Of a stretch of 64,000 nt of DNA, positions 36,343 through 46,412 are shown piece after piece; within the stretch, counting starts at the first letter, position 1, and the number at the start of each line of letters is the position of its first letter. The translations under genes were made by a program, and so were the position numbers. This stretch comes from Klebsiella phage fENko-Kae01. Location of the stretch: sequence record OR228459.1; one strand, 5' to 3'. The notes below the pieces were generated by a model that saw nothing but the letters and a program-made list of their open reading frames with translations, made no database searches and had not been told where the DNA came from.

Positions 36343-36660
36343 ATGATTACTTTAAACGTCATTCTAGCTCTACTCGGTGCAGTATTTCTTGTTGTTGGTT
36401 GGTATTCAATTTGGAAAGAAACAGTATTCACTGACTTCTTTGAATTCTATATTGAAAAAAATAACATTTGGGCTGTTGTTCTACAATCATTCAACCACTC
36501 TCTAATTCTAATTGGTTATGCTTGTGGTATTCTACGCGAAACAACAGGAGAAACATTACTGCTACTAGCATATCTAGTACTATCACTTGTATTAATGCTA
36601 GGTACAGCATTTTTCTTTGCACCCGGTCGTTTCAAGAAGTTAAAAGGTAAACAGAAATGA
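36343..36660 (+). CDS. small multi-TM membrane protein
   Basis: ATG after ATGGAGAATCC; first of four tandem ~110-aa TM proteins. Confidence 0.5.
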   Translation: MITLNVILALLGAVFLVVGWYSIWKETVFTDFFEFYIEKNNIWAVVLQSFNHSLILIGYACGILRETTGETLLLLAYLVLSLVLMLGTAFFFAPGRFKKLKGKQK

Positions 36661-37016
36661 ATTGGCACAACGTTAATATTGTGGTAAGCATTTACACTAT
36701 ACTAGTAGTGATGTTATCATTGCTAGCGTTAGGTAAGTTCTTTTGTGTAAAAGTACTGTACGATTTATATGACCGAATTAATAATTATATTGACGAAACA
36801 CTTCCCGGTATATTTTGTATAGGTCTAGTCGTTGAAATAGCAACATTAATATGTTATCATTATGAGTGGAAACCGGGATTGATGTTATTATTATTTGCTA
36901 TTTCGATTATAACACTCATCGGTATTGTATTTTTAGTACTTGGGTTATTTTTCATTACATCAAAGTTTTTATCTGATTATCATCGTAAACTTAAAGAACG
37001 TAAAAACATTTACTAG
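36657..37016 (+). CDS. small multi-TM membrane protein
   Basis: ATGA overlap. Confidence 0.5.
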   Translation: MNWHNVNIVVSIYTILVVMLSLLALGKFFCVKVLYDLYDRINNYIDETLPGIFCIGLVVEIATLICYHYEWKPGLMLLLFAISIITLIGIVFLVLGLFFITSKFLSDYHRKLKERKNIY

Positions 37017-37025
37017 GAGATTATT

Positions 37026-37355
37026 ATGTTTCTACAATATTATGGCATGATTGGTTTTGCTATTGGTATTATAATCTGCTTAGTTTTTCTTTACCAATGG
37101 TATTTCAATGTAAAAGAATTTAAAGAACTAAAATACTTTGGTTCTTTCTTTTGTGTAATTGGTACTATTATGTCAGTGGTTGGTTATGTAGTATTGGTTA
37201 TTTTTGATGTTGGTGGTGATAATCCCGAACAGATGTTGCGTTTCTGGAACAGATGTGGTATTATATATTCAACAATTACGATATTATTCGTGATTGAGAT
37301 GCTATTACATTATCGTTCCAAGTATATTATTGGAGATAAGAACAATGAAACCTGA
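37026..37355 (+). CDS. small multi-TM membrane protein
   Basis: TAGGAGATTATTATG RBS. Confidence 0.5.
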   Translation: MFLQYYGMIGFAIGIIICLVFLYQWYFNVKEFKELKYFGSFFCVIGTIMSVVGYVVLVIFDVGGDNPEQMLRFWNRCGIIYSTITILFVIEMLLHYRSKYIIGDKNNET

Positions 37356-37473
37356 TTCATGGGTTATTGAAGATATTCGCAGAATGCGGCAAACAAAAAC
37401 CCGTACACAAATCGAAGAATCATATTTAGAACTTCTATTGTGGTATGTGAAAGTACTTAATTCTAAGGAGTAA
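37345..37473 (+). CDS. small basic protein (42 aa)
   Basis: ATG after GGAGATAAG; overlaps neighbours; speculative. Confidence 0.3.
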   Translation: MKPDSWVIEDIRRMRQTKTRTQIEESYLELLLWYVKVLNSKE

Positions 37474-37476
37474 TAT

Positions 37477-37815
37477 ATGTTCGGAACTACTAGTGATTTT
37501 ATTGTTATTATCAGCCTAACATTAATGGTTATGTTATTCCTTGATTATGTCTTCGGTGCTGACAAACTTGAATTTGCCCGGACATTACTTGTAAAGAATC
37601 AGGAATGGATTTTTGCACTAGGTTGGATTGGTGTTGGAACTATATTCAAATGTATTGGAATCTTCACTGATAGTGAAACACTATATGGTTTAGGAACTTT
37701 TTATGTTTGGATTATTATTGGTGCTTTCGGTATATATTATGGTTCCTTATATGTGGTAAAATTTATTTTAAATCTACGTTCTGCTAATATTGCAAAACGC
37801 AAAAAGCCCCGCTAA
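37477..37815 (+). CDS. small multi-TM membrane protein
   Basis: AAGGAGTAATATATG RBS. Confidence 0.5.
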   Translation: MFGTTSDFIVIISLTLMVMLFLDYVFGADKLEFARTLLVKNQEWIFALGWIGVGTIFKCIGIFTDSETLYGLGTFYVWIIIGAFGIYYGSLYVVKFILNLRSANIAKRKKPR

Positions 37816-37827
37816 GGGGCTTTTTTA
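37805..37827. terminator. bidirectional terminator between plus block and minus fibre array
   Basis: A5-GCCCC-GCTAA-GGGGC-T6 overlapping both stop codons. Confidence 0.75.
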
Positions 37828-38472
37828 TTCAAATGGATATGTTGGTGGAGTTATGGATGATTCTGTATACAACGCAGAATTGCTTATTCTGATTTGGTCA
37901 TAGTAAGCATTAGCAGAAGTTTCATACCCACCAATTCGTAATGGTGTGTTATAAACACCCCATCGATCACCATTAAGAATCATTTTCAAAGAACCACTGA
38001 TATATAAACGAACATCGGTTCCGCTCTGTACTAATGCTACATGTGTCCATACATTAAGTGGTATATTACTTGAAATTAGGCTAGTACCTTTCGTTCTACC
38101 CTGTAAGTACAAATTACTTGTATAGATTTTTACACCACCAGTAACACCAGTACCATTACTGATATACCAGTTATTGGTATTTCTACCAACAGCATACATG
38201 TAAAATTCAATAGTATAATCACCTTCTTGTTTAGATACGTTAAGATCTTTCATTTGATCCACAGCTAAACTGATAAAACCAGAAGTGAATCTAAATGATT
38301 TCTCTTGTTCGGGTAATACTATAGTACTGTCTATAGAAGGAGTACTGTTTAATGTAATAACCCTTCCCGGATTCCAAACATCTTTGAATCCATCTTTAGC
38401 TCTCATGAGCATACCATATTTTTTATCTGGTGCTGTATTAGCATATGTTAATAATCTTGAAAATGGTATCAT
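37825..38472 (-). CDS. MIPF-family fibre-like paralog 1 (short; lectin/ConA-like C-terminal domain)
   Basis: N-terminus MIPFSRLLTYAN shared with 12 downstream paralogs; 215 aa. Confidence 0.8.
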   Translation of the reverse strand: MIPFSRLLTYANTAPDKKYGMLMRAKDGFKDVWNPGRVITLNSTPSIDSTIVLPEQEKSFRFTSGFISLAVDQMKDLNVSKQEGDYTIEFYMYAVGRNTNNWYISNGTGVTGGVKIYTSNLYLQGRTKGTSLISSNIPLNVWTHVALVQSGTDVRLYISGSLKMILNGDRWGVYNTPLRIGGYETSANAYYDQIRISNSALYTESSITPPTYPFE

Positions 38473-38545
38473 TTTATTTTCCTTAATTTTGCAGACATAT
38501 ATTTAATTAGAAAAATCCCCTAACTTTGACAGTACATGGATACAT

Positions 38546-39676
38546 TTAAAAAGGTAAATCCGTCTGTTCAGAAATAATATAACTCAATGGTGTTTGGCAT
38601 ATCGAATAATTTTTACCAGCCATACTACTAGGTGGATATCCACTCATCCAAATTTTATTACCTGACCAGAAATAATTAATATACGTTCCACCACTATATG
38701 ACATATTCGTATTATAAGAACTGAAATCTACTTCTTTCCATGATTCAAAATATGGTAAATTATTGCTGGACTGACTATTAATAGGACTATACCCTGTACT
38801 AACAAGTTTATTTGTATCAGAATTGTGTAGATATAATCTACTAGGAGATGGAGATATATTGTCATTATAAAATTTACTCATGTCACCTATATTGAATCCA
38901 ACATTAATACTTTTTTGACTTAAACCTGAAACCCCTGTATTTGATGTACCGGTAACATGGATAATATTATCAGTACTTATAACAATTATACCATTATTAT
39001 AATAAATGGTATTAGGTGTGAAAGATATATCTTTAAGTACTTCGGTAAACGTAACTTTATCTCCCGGTTGGTCATTTATTTGCAGGGAGTTATTATTTCC
39101 AGCACCCCAAATAGTATTATCATTTTTTACAATAAAACATGTGTCTCCGCCAGCATCACCAAAAACACTTTTAACATTTTCAGACATTAATACCCAATCA
39201 CTAACAAATGTTTTAGTTCCATTTCCAATAGAACCATTGCGATTATATCCTCTACCATAAAGTTTACCATCATTTAACAAAACAAAGACAGTGTATCCAG
39301 CGATAATATTTTTAATATTAGATATATCGAAAGCTGAAAAGTACTGACTTACATCTGTAAATCCCTGCTGGATTGTATTCGCATTATGAAAGCAATATAA
39401 TGATCCAGTAGCATACATTTTACCATCAGTCTTATGAGCAAAAGTAACATACCCTGTCCAGAAGTTTACAACATCTTGTGCAGACAAGACAATATCTCCT
39501 GTTATATTCAAAGCTGTACTTCCACCCCATAGGTAATCATTATCAACACCATGTGCATATAAATCCCCGTTTTCTAAGAGGATCAGACCACGGGTGTTAT
39601 ATGACAAAATTTTTTTAATACTTGGTAATCCGGGTGCTATATTAGCATAATTTAATATACGAGTGAATGGTATCAT
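38546..39676 (-). CDS. MIPF-family fibre-like paralog 2 (RCC1-like repeats)
   Basis: Start set to MIPFTRILNYAN; GRGYNRNGSIGNG / GAGNNNSLQIND repeats. Confidence 0.8.
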   Translation of the reverse strand: MIPFTRILNYANIAPGLPSIKKILSYNTRGLILLENGDLYAHGVDNDYLWGGSTALNITGDIVLSAQDVVNFWTGYVTFAHKTDGKMYATGSLYCFHNANTIQQGFTDVSQYFSAFDISNIKNIIAGYTVFVLLNDGKLYGRGYNRNGSIGNGTKTFVSDWVLMSENVKSVFGDAGGDTCFIVKNDNTIWGAGNNNSLQINDQPGDKVTFTEVLKDISFTPNTIYYNNGIIVISTDNIIHVTGTSNTGVSGLSQKSINVGFNIGDMSKFYNDNISPSPSRLYLHNSDTNKLVSTGYSPINSQSSNNLPYFESWKEVDFSSYNTNMSYSGGTYINYFWSGNKIWMSGYPPSSMAGKNYSICQTPLSYIISEQTDLPF

Positions 39677-39687
39677 TTTATTTCTCC

Positions 39688-40866
39688 TTACGTGTTCCAC
39701 GGTAATTTTATTGGTGTGAATTTTGGATACAAAATAGTTGCTTCTAAACCGGGTAAGTACTTACCTTGTCCAGCACCATAAACATTCCCATTAACATCAC
39801 ACAGTATTGTTGAATAATTTCCACATGCAGTTATTGTTTTTATTTCTGAACCTTTTACTTGTACATCCCCTCCACCAAAAATAGTTGGTAGGTAATTAAC
39901 AATAGTTGCCACAGTAGAACCAGTACCAGATGAATACGAACTCGCATTATTATATCCATTAACCATCAATCTATCATAACCATCAACAATATATGTAAGA
40001 ACATTAAATGTAGTGAATGATGATTTTGCAGGTAATGACAATGTATTAGTAACTAATGTTGGTTTTTGAACCGGGGCAGGTGAAGCAGTACTTCCCGGTG
40101 TTGCAGTACTATAATAATTTGTACCCCATGAATATACATTACCATCAATTGTGATACATTTATAGGATAATGCATCGCTTGATAACGATTTACACTTTTG
40201 ATTATTTGGTAACACCAATCTTGTAAATGATAAAAGTGTAACCCCGTTATTGGCAATGCCAGAATTATTATCATTTCCACATCGGTATAGTTCTCCGGTT
40301 TTAGTAAGGAGCCATGTTGCAATATTTCCATTAACATCAAGTACTTCCTCTACTGGCCCACCAGTATGCTGTAACATAGTCCATGTTAATGGTGCGGTAC
40401 TTAATCCAAATGATGGATAATTAGTTGGACTAATTACTTTTACAACCCCAGAACTATCAATTTTATATAATCCATGTCTAGTAGTAAATAACTTATGAAT
40501 ATCATTGCCATCTGATAGCATTAGATCAGTGAAATCAGTAAATGTATTTGTATTCGATGCATTTGGTATAACAGACGCAATCCAACCCGTATAAAACCAT
40601 TTTCCATCTACTGTTTTGATTATACATCCCGGAGTCATATCTTCTATCCAAAAGTCTTCTACGTCATCGCGAAGAATATGCCATCCATCTAAAAAATTAT
40701 TAATGTCTTGACCATTGCCAAATTCACCATTACTACTTTCACCGAATGCATATAATATATTATTATTATCTAACAGATAAAGTGCTTTTTGCCATCCTGC
40801 TATTTTCTTTACAAATTTGTTTTGTACGGTATTTCCATACGTTAATATCCTTGCGAATGGTATCAT
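39688..40866 (-). CDS. MIPF-family fibre-like paralog 3 (RCC1-like beta-propeller repeats)
   Basis: MIPFARILTYGN; GESSNGEFGNGQD repeat. Confidence 0.85.
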   Translation of the reverse strand: MIPFARILTYGNTVQNKFVKKIAGWQKALYLLDNNNILYAFGESSNGEFGNGQDINNFLDGWHILRDDVEDFWIEDMTPGCIIKTVDGKWFYTGWIASVIPNASNTNTFTDFTDLMLSDGNDIHKLFTTRHGLYKIDSSGVVKVISPTNYPSFGLSTAPLTWTMLQHTGGPVEEVLDVNGNIATWLLTKTGELYRCGNDNNSGIANNGVTLLSFTRLVLPNNQKCKSLSSDALSYKCITIDGNVYSWGTNYYSTATPGSTASPAPVQKPTLVTNTLSLPAKSSFTTFNVLTYIVDGYDRLMVNGYNNASSYSSGTGSTVATIVNYLPTIFGGGDVQVKGSEIKTITACGNYSTILCDVNGNVYGAGQGKYLPGLEATILYPKFTPIKLPWNT

Positions 40867-42059
40867 TTTATATCTCCTTGATTTACATTCAATCCATGTT
40901 TCATTGATTCTTTCGTTAAATCTTTTGGGAATTTACCAAATTTGTCTGATATATTAGTATAAGTATCATATGTAATTATTTCTGTTTTAGTATTAAATCT
41001 ACCACACATATATATTGAACCATCTTTCAAGTATACATAAGTTGCTGAGTTACCTAAATCAAGATACACAATATCATTAGTATTAAATGGAACTTGAACT
41101 TTTACTGGAGATACTCTAACGGTTCCATCATTTAATCCTCTAAATGAAGTATTTCCGGTAACATACATACCTTCATTTGTGTAATACATAGTTGTATTAC
41201 AGTTTGAAAATGAATTATCAGCAAGACCTATAATACTGGTTCTCATAGGCCATGAATTACTTATTATAGTGGTTGACGTTAGATTATTAGTAGAACCATT
41301 ACCAAATACACCATTAAAACCAAATCCTCTTCCATACCACGTTTTATCAACATAAGAAGGAAAAATTATTGCATATTGATGATCCTGTAGTGATTTACCA
41401 TATATCTCATCAGTACTAGCATTTCCAATTAATACTGGATATGAATAAAAAGTACTTTCAGGGGCTGATGAAAATATACTAGCTATATTTTGACCACCAC
41501 CATGTACTTGACCCGATGTATTAATTGTCCACCAGTTTGTACCACTATTACCTATAGCTATAATATTTGTACTTACTAAATTCCAATTTGTATATGGCAC
41601 TGTACTAGAGTTTAAACCCCTTTGTGAACCAATCACTCTGAAAAAATTATTATTATCTATGAAACCAATACTAGGGGAACCTGTATTAAATGAAACTGTA
41701 TCAATAATAATAGAGCCTGAAGAAAAGAAAATATCTTCTTTGAAAGTTGTTTCCATTGTATTGTCATTACTAGTACGATAAACTCTAGAACCCGTATAAT
41801 AGACTTTATTATTAGTTTCTTGAAGCATCAAAGAGTTCCCAAATTGATCCATCCAGAAATTTTTTACGTTATTTCTTATAAGTGTCCAATCTTCATGCCA
41901 TACTTTTGCTTGACCATCACCAAAAGCACCATTGCCTCTACCATGCAATTCCCCATTACTTAATAAAATCATCCAAGATGCTGTACTGAATTGTATTTTA
42001 ACAATCTTAGAATCTTCCGCTATATTGCCATAATTTAACATTCTTGTGAACGGTATCAT
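40863..42059 (-). CDS. MIPF-family fibre-like paralog 4
   Basis: MIPFTRMLNYGN; GRGNGAFGDGQ repeat; ATGA-coupled to paralog 3. Confidence 0.85.
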   Translation of the reverse strand: MIPFTRMLNYGNIAEDSKIVKIQFSTASWMILLSNGELHGRGNGAFGDGQAKVWHEDWTLIRNNVKNFWMDQFGNSLMLQETNNKVYYTGSRVYRTSNDNTMETTFKEDIFFSSGSIIIDTVSFNTGSPSIGFIDNNNFFRVIGSQRGLNSSTVPYTNWNLVSTNIIAIGNSGTNWWTINTSGQVHGGGQNIASIFSSAPESTFYSYPVLIGNASTDEIYGKSLQDHQYAIIFPSYVDKTWYGRGFGFNGVFGNGSTNNLTSTTIISNSWPMRTSIIGLADNSFSNCNTTMYYTNEGMYVTGNTSFRGLNDGTVRVSPVKVQVPFNTNDIVYLDLGNSATYVYLKDGSIYMCGRFNTKTEIITYDTYTNISDKFGKFPKDLTKESMKHGLNVNQGDIK

Positions 42060-42069
42060 CCCCTTCTCC

Positions 42070-43236
42070 TTATATTATTCTTGGTTGCATTGGAACTTTA
42101 TTCCATTTGGTAAAATCTTCAGTTGACCCCGGTATCCATCTTGAATTACCCACTGCATATACCGTATTTTCATGCCAATAATACACGTAATAACCACCTT
42201 GAACAACATGTGTTGGATCGAAGATAATATCTTGAAGAAAACCATTTTGCACTAAGGTTGAATATATTATTGTTGATGTATTACCTATTCCAAATCTACC
42301 ATAGTAATCAGAACCAGAACTATATATAGATTCTGAAGTACAAAGATAAATTGCTCCTTCACTGCAAAAACTATTTGTGTACTGAACAAATTTACTGGCT
42401 AATTCAGAATCAATTAATGTATTTTTTGTTAGTGTCGTGTAATAAGAAGATGCAGTAGTCCCATCAGCACATAAACCATTACCACGAAACCCGCTCATAT
42501 ATACATCATTGCTTTCTGTAATAATCAAGACATTATTAGCACTTAAAATAATGGTTTTTATTGGCAATGTAAACGGTACTTTATAGAATATAGGTTGCTC
42601 ACTTGAAAATCCTAGACCTAAAGTTCCATATAAATTTCTTCCAGTACCGAAAAGTTCACCTGATGTACTAATATAAAATGAGGCATCACTTGATGAACTT
42701 AATGAACTATAAATTTCTTTCACTCCACTAGCTACACGTTTAAATGATGCTGAAGGTGTAGTACCTAAACCAATATTACCGTACTGATTATTTGATGCAT
42801 ATGTTCCTTGACCAATAGCATAAAGCTGTTCATCTTGTAATAAAAATAATCCTCTACTTCCAAACATTAATTTGGCTTTGTTTAAATCAAAGTTATTGAA
42901 AGTTGATGTTATTTCAGTAAATGTATTTAAATATCCAGATGATGCTCCCAATGATGCTCGATAACCAGTAAAAAACACTTTATTATTTTCAGTAATAATT
43001 AAAGTACAGTCAACACCAACATATATATCTTTTATATTTTCGATTGGACATTTTACCCATGTATTTTTGTTTACTAATGTTCCATCACCTAATTGACCAC
43101 TTGTATTATCACCAGTACCAAATGCTTGACCATCATCAAATAGTACAAAAATAAATCCATAATACGAAACAACTTTTTTAATTTTAGTTTTTGGTAAAAT
43201 ATTACCATATGATATAATTCTTGCAAATGGAATCAT
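42070..43236 (-). CDS. MIPF-family fibre-like paralog 5
   Basis: MIPFARIISYGN; GDNTSGQLGDGTLVN RCC1 signature. Confidence 0.85.
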   Translation of the reverse strand: MIPFARIISYGNILPKTKIKKVVSYYGFIFVLFDDGQAFGTGDNTSGQLGDGTLVNKNTWVKCPIENIKDIYVGVDCTLIITENNKVFFTGYRASLGASSGYLNTFTEITSTFNNFDLNKAKLMFGSRGLFLLQDEQLYAIGQGTYASNNQYGNIGLGTTPSASFKRVASGVKEIYSSLSSSSDASFYISTSGELFGTGRNLYGTLGLGFSSEQPIFYKVPFTLPIKTIILSANNVLIITESNDVYMSGFRGNGLCADGTTASSYYTTLTKNTLIDSELASKFVQYTNSFCSEGAIYLCTSESIYSSGSDYYGRFGIGNTSTIIYSTLVQNGFLQDIIFDPTHVVQGGYYVYYWHENTVYAVGNSRWIPGSTEDFTKWNKVPMQPRII

Positions 43237-43312
43237 AATCCCCTCATAATTCTTGTAATTATATTATATTTAATTAAAAAAGGTCAGTACTGGTATTGTA
43301 CTGACCTTTTTA
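43237..43312 (-). promoter_or_regulatory. intra-array terminator + late-type promoter cassette
   Basis: Hairpin GGTCAGTAC-TGGTATT-GTACTGACC + T-run, then TTAATTAAATATAATATAATTACAAGAATTATGAGGGGATT-ATG (minus strand). Confidence 0.6.
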
Positions 43313-44434
43313 TTATTTCCAAGGCATTTTTTCATCGGCAAGTCGAGTAAGCCTATTAAAAAATGAAATTCCATTTATTGGTGTATTACCACATACAAAC
43401 ATATCATCGTTATTATCAATAACCATTGAAAATAAATTATCACCACCAAATGAAACAATATTAGATACTGTACCGAATATCATTGGTGTTAGTGTAGCTT
43501 GTGCTGATGAAGATGCACCATTACCACATTGTCCATAGCTATTAAATCCACAACGCCATATTTGATTGTTAATCCATATCATCGGTGACATACCCAAACT
43601 GTTTGTTAAAGAACCAATTACTCTTAATGGTACAGAAGGATCAAATTGAGTACTGATCTGTACTGAATTAAGTACTGGATTTGTATTACCAACCGAACCT
43701 TGACCTTGTGTGTTAATTGATGCAGTTCGTATAGAACCATCTTTCATAAAATAATATGTTGTATAAAACGTATTAGCAGTGTACAATACATCATCCAATG
43801 TTTTCGTAAATGTAGGTACTGAGGTTGGTGTAGTACCAGATAACATCATCATTCCTGCATAATAACAACTTCCATCACTTAATATTAAACAGGTTGTATT
43901 GAATGAACAGGACATGTACTGAACGTTTTCGATTGAACTATATGTGAATTTAGTAACACTAGCAGAACTACCAGTACCGAAACACCCAGCACTATTGCTT
44001 CCATAAAAGAACCATTTTCCATTATTCAATAATACTCTAATACCTTCAGCAATGTAAACACTTTTTATATCATCTGGCGATACCCCAAAATCTGAAAAGT
44101 ACTTCGTTACATTAACAAAGGATCTTGTATTTTGTGCTATTGGCATACCATATGTACTTCCAGTGTACCACATTATATTATCTTCATCTATAGCCAGTGT
44201 TCCATGTACACCACCGAAATATCTTTTCACTCTGGTTAATACCTTAGTCCACGATGATAGGTTCGTTGTATCACCAGTTCCTAATTGACCCAAGTTATTC
44301 TGTCCAATTGCATATAGATCACCATTACGGTGTAAATACCATGCTGCACTGTAATTTACCTGAACTCGTTCACCCAATATAGTCGGTGCTTTAACTTCAT
44401 TGCCATAACTTAATATTCTTGTAAATGGTATCAT
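43313..44434 (-). CDS. MIPF-family fibre-like paralog 6
   Basis: MIPFTRILSYGN; GQNNLGQLGTGDTTN. Confidence 0.85.
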   Translation of the reverse strand: MIPFTRILSYGNEVKAPTILGERVQVNYSAAWYLHRNGDLYAIGQNNLGQLGTGDTTNLSSWTKVLTRVKRYFGGVHGTLAIDEDNIMWYTGSTYGMPIAQNTRSFVNVTKYFSDFGVSPDDIKSVYIAEGIRVLLNNGKWFFYGSNSAGCFGTGSSASVTKFTYSSIENVQYMSCSFNTTCLILSDGSCYYAGMMMLSGTTPTSVPTFTKTLDDVLYTANTFYTTYYFMKDGSIRTASINTQGQGSVGNTNPVLNSVQISTQFDPSVPLRVIGSLTNSLGMSPMIWINNQIWRCGFNSYGQCGNGASSSAQATLTPMIFGTVSNIVSFGGDNLFSMVIDNNDDMFVCGNTPINGISFFNRLTRLADEKMPWK

Positions 44435-44456
44435 TATTATTCCTCGATTATTTTAA

Positions 44457-45626
44457 TTACATTGGCAATACCAACGGAAGTACTGAACCAATACCATATG
44501 TTGGAACATTACTTTGTATTGTTGGTGCTGTATTTTTTGGTGAAGATGTGGCTATATTAGGAAAAGATGAAGATGGATTAAACAATACTATATTACCAGA
44601 ACCACTCATAAGCATCAACCCATCGTATTTCTCATTTTGTGCACATTTCTCGAATGTTCCAATGTCAACTGTAGAATTCACATAGTTTTTACTTCTATGT
44701 CCACAACCATATATTTCATTATCAACTGTCATGTAATATGATACGCTTCCTGAACTCGTATTAATAAATTTAAAATAGCTACGGAAATTAGCTGGTAGAA
44801 TTGGTAATGTTCCTGATACGAATCCATAAAACCCACTATTAGTATTACCATTACCCAACGAACCATATGATCCCCATCCAGTTCCGTAATATGTCCCATC
44901 AGATAAAAAAATTATACAATTGTTATTGCACATTTTAATTTGATTGATTTTTTGAACATCCACACCCGGAAATGATTCAGTAAATGTTAATACATTAGAA
45001 ACACTACTTGCATTACATTGGTTTTGTGTATTACGTCCAGATGATAGTACTGTGCCATCTTCTAAGATAATTCTTGCTGCTCCAGTACCAGACATACATG
45101 CTACCGCATTTGATGAATTAAACAATTTCTTTAACGAAAAAAAACCAACATTGGCTTTCCCTTGACCTGACCAACCTTCTGTATCAGTACCAATACCCCA
45201 CACCGAACCATCATTATGAATAAGCATAAGACCATTTCTATCAATATTAATGTATTTTATCTCATTAATATCTATTCCGACAAAACTAGATGTAACGTCA
45301 ATCCATGTATTCGAAACTGTTACAGAACTTTTCAATACGTTGTGACCCGTTAACATAACTTTACCAGTACTTGTAATATATATTGTTTGTGAAAAACCAG
45401 TACTACATAACCTAACTTCATCAACTTCGGGAACCATAATCCACTCATTAAATGAATTTGTGTTATTTCCAGTACCCAATTGACCATTGGCATTACTACC
45501 AGACAAATATAACTTTTCATTGTAAATCAATGAATACGTTTCACTATATTCTGAAGTACTCAATAAAATTGATTTTGGTATTGGTGGTGTATTTCCATAT
45601 AACATGATTCTAGCAAATGGTATCAT
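44457..45626 (-). CDS. MIPF-family fibre-like paralog 7
   Basis: Start set to MIPFARIMLYGN; GSNANGQLGTGNNTN. Confidence 0.85.
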   Translation of the reverse strand: MIPFARIMLYGNTPPIPKSILLSTSEYSETYSLIYNEKLYLSGSNANGQLGTGNNTNSFNEWIMVPEVDEVRLCSTGFSQTIYITSTGKVMLTGHNVLKSSVTVSNTWIDVTSSFVGIDINEIKYINIDRNGLMLIHNDGSVWGIGTDTEGWSGQGKANVGFFSLKKLFNSSNAVACMSGTGAARIILEDGTVLSSGRNTQNQCNASSVSNVLTFTESFPGVDVQKINQIKMCNNNCIIFLSDGTYYGTGWGSYGSLGNGNTNSGFYGFVSGTLPILPANFRSYFKFINTSSGSVSYYMTVDNEIYGCGHRSKNYVNSTVDIGTFEKCAQNEKYDGLMLMSGSGNIVLFNPSSSFPNIATSSPKNTAPTIQSNVPTYGIGSVLPLVLPM

Positions 45627-46325
45627 ATTTGAACCTCCCACATCTTAACATATTGTATCCTACCTTTGAATAAAACTGGATTAGCATTATTATCTCCAGC
45701 AACATATGAGCCAAATAAACTAAAATACTGATTATCTGGTGATAATATTTGATACCAAGGAAATGTTTGTGTTTCATTAAAAAGTTCAGAATGTACAGTA
45801 ACAGAAATACCTTTTCTAAACTCCATTTTTATAGTATCCCATGCATTGGGGTTAGACCATGTTGGAAGTATTCGGGCAAAATTATTTCCCCAATCTATGA
45901 ATACTTGATTATATGTAGCACTATATTGGTTGAATGCATTAACAAATCCCGATATTCTTCTGCTATTATAATTACCAGTTTCAAATAACGTTTGCCCCCC
46001 CAAGTGGTGAACATTTCATTCTATATTCTATGGCAAATGCATTATACAGACTGAAGTCTAATTTGATTCCTTTTACTGGATTTATAGTTCTAAAATAAAC
46101 ACTACTATTTGTACAATCCAATACATTAGACCCTATTTCATCATCATATACCACAGTTCCGGCGATGGGATTAGTTATACCTATTTGTGAACGTTGTAAA
46201 AATGCATTACCTGCTCTATCAGGAATACCAGTACTACCAATTTTTTGAGTACTGTAATCTACATCAAGTATCATTTTTTCGGGTGCAATATTCCCGTATT
46301 TTAATATCATTGAAAATGGTATCAT
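45623..46325 (-). pseudogene. MIPF-family paralog 8 (lectin-like), split by frameshift at G7 homopolymer; phase-variable or slippage-dependent
   Basis: ORF 45981-46325 (MIPFSMILKYGN...) and ORF 45623-46003 overlap at CTTGGGGGGGCAAAC; deleting one G fuses frames into ~238-aa protein. Confidence 0.6.
45995..46001 (-). repeat. poly-G(7)/poly-C(7) homopolymeric tract at frameshift site
   Basis: Read directly: TTTGCCCCCCCAAGTGG on plus strand. Confidence 0.9.
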
Positions 46326-46412
46326 AATCCCCTCATAATTCTTGTAATTATATTATATTTAACCAAAAAAAGCCAGTACACCATTTTTAGTACTACACGA
46401 AATTTAAGTTTA
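46326..46412 (-). promoter_or_regulatory. intra-array promoter cassette (copy 2)
   Basis: Conserved ATAATTCTTGTAATTATATTATATTTAA sequence upstream of paralog 8. Confidence 0.55.
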
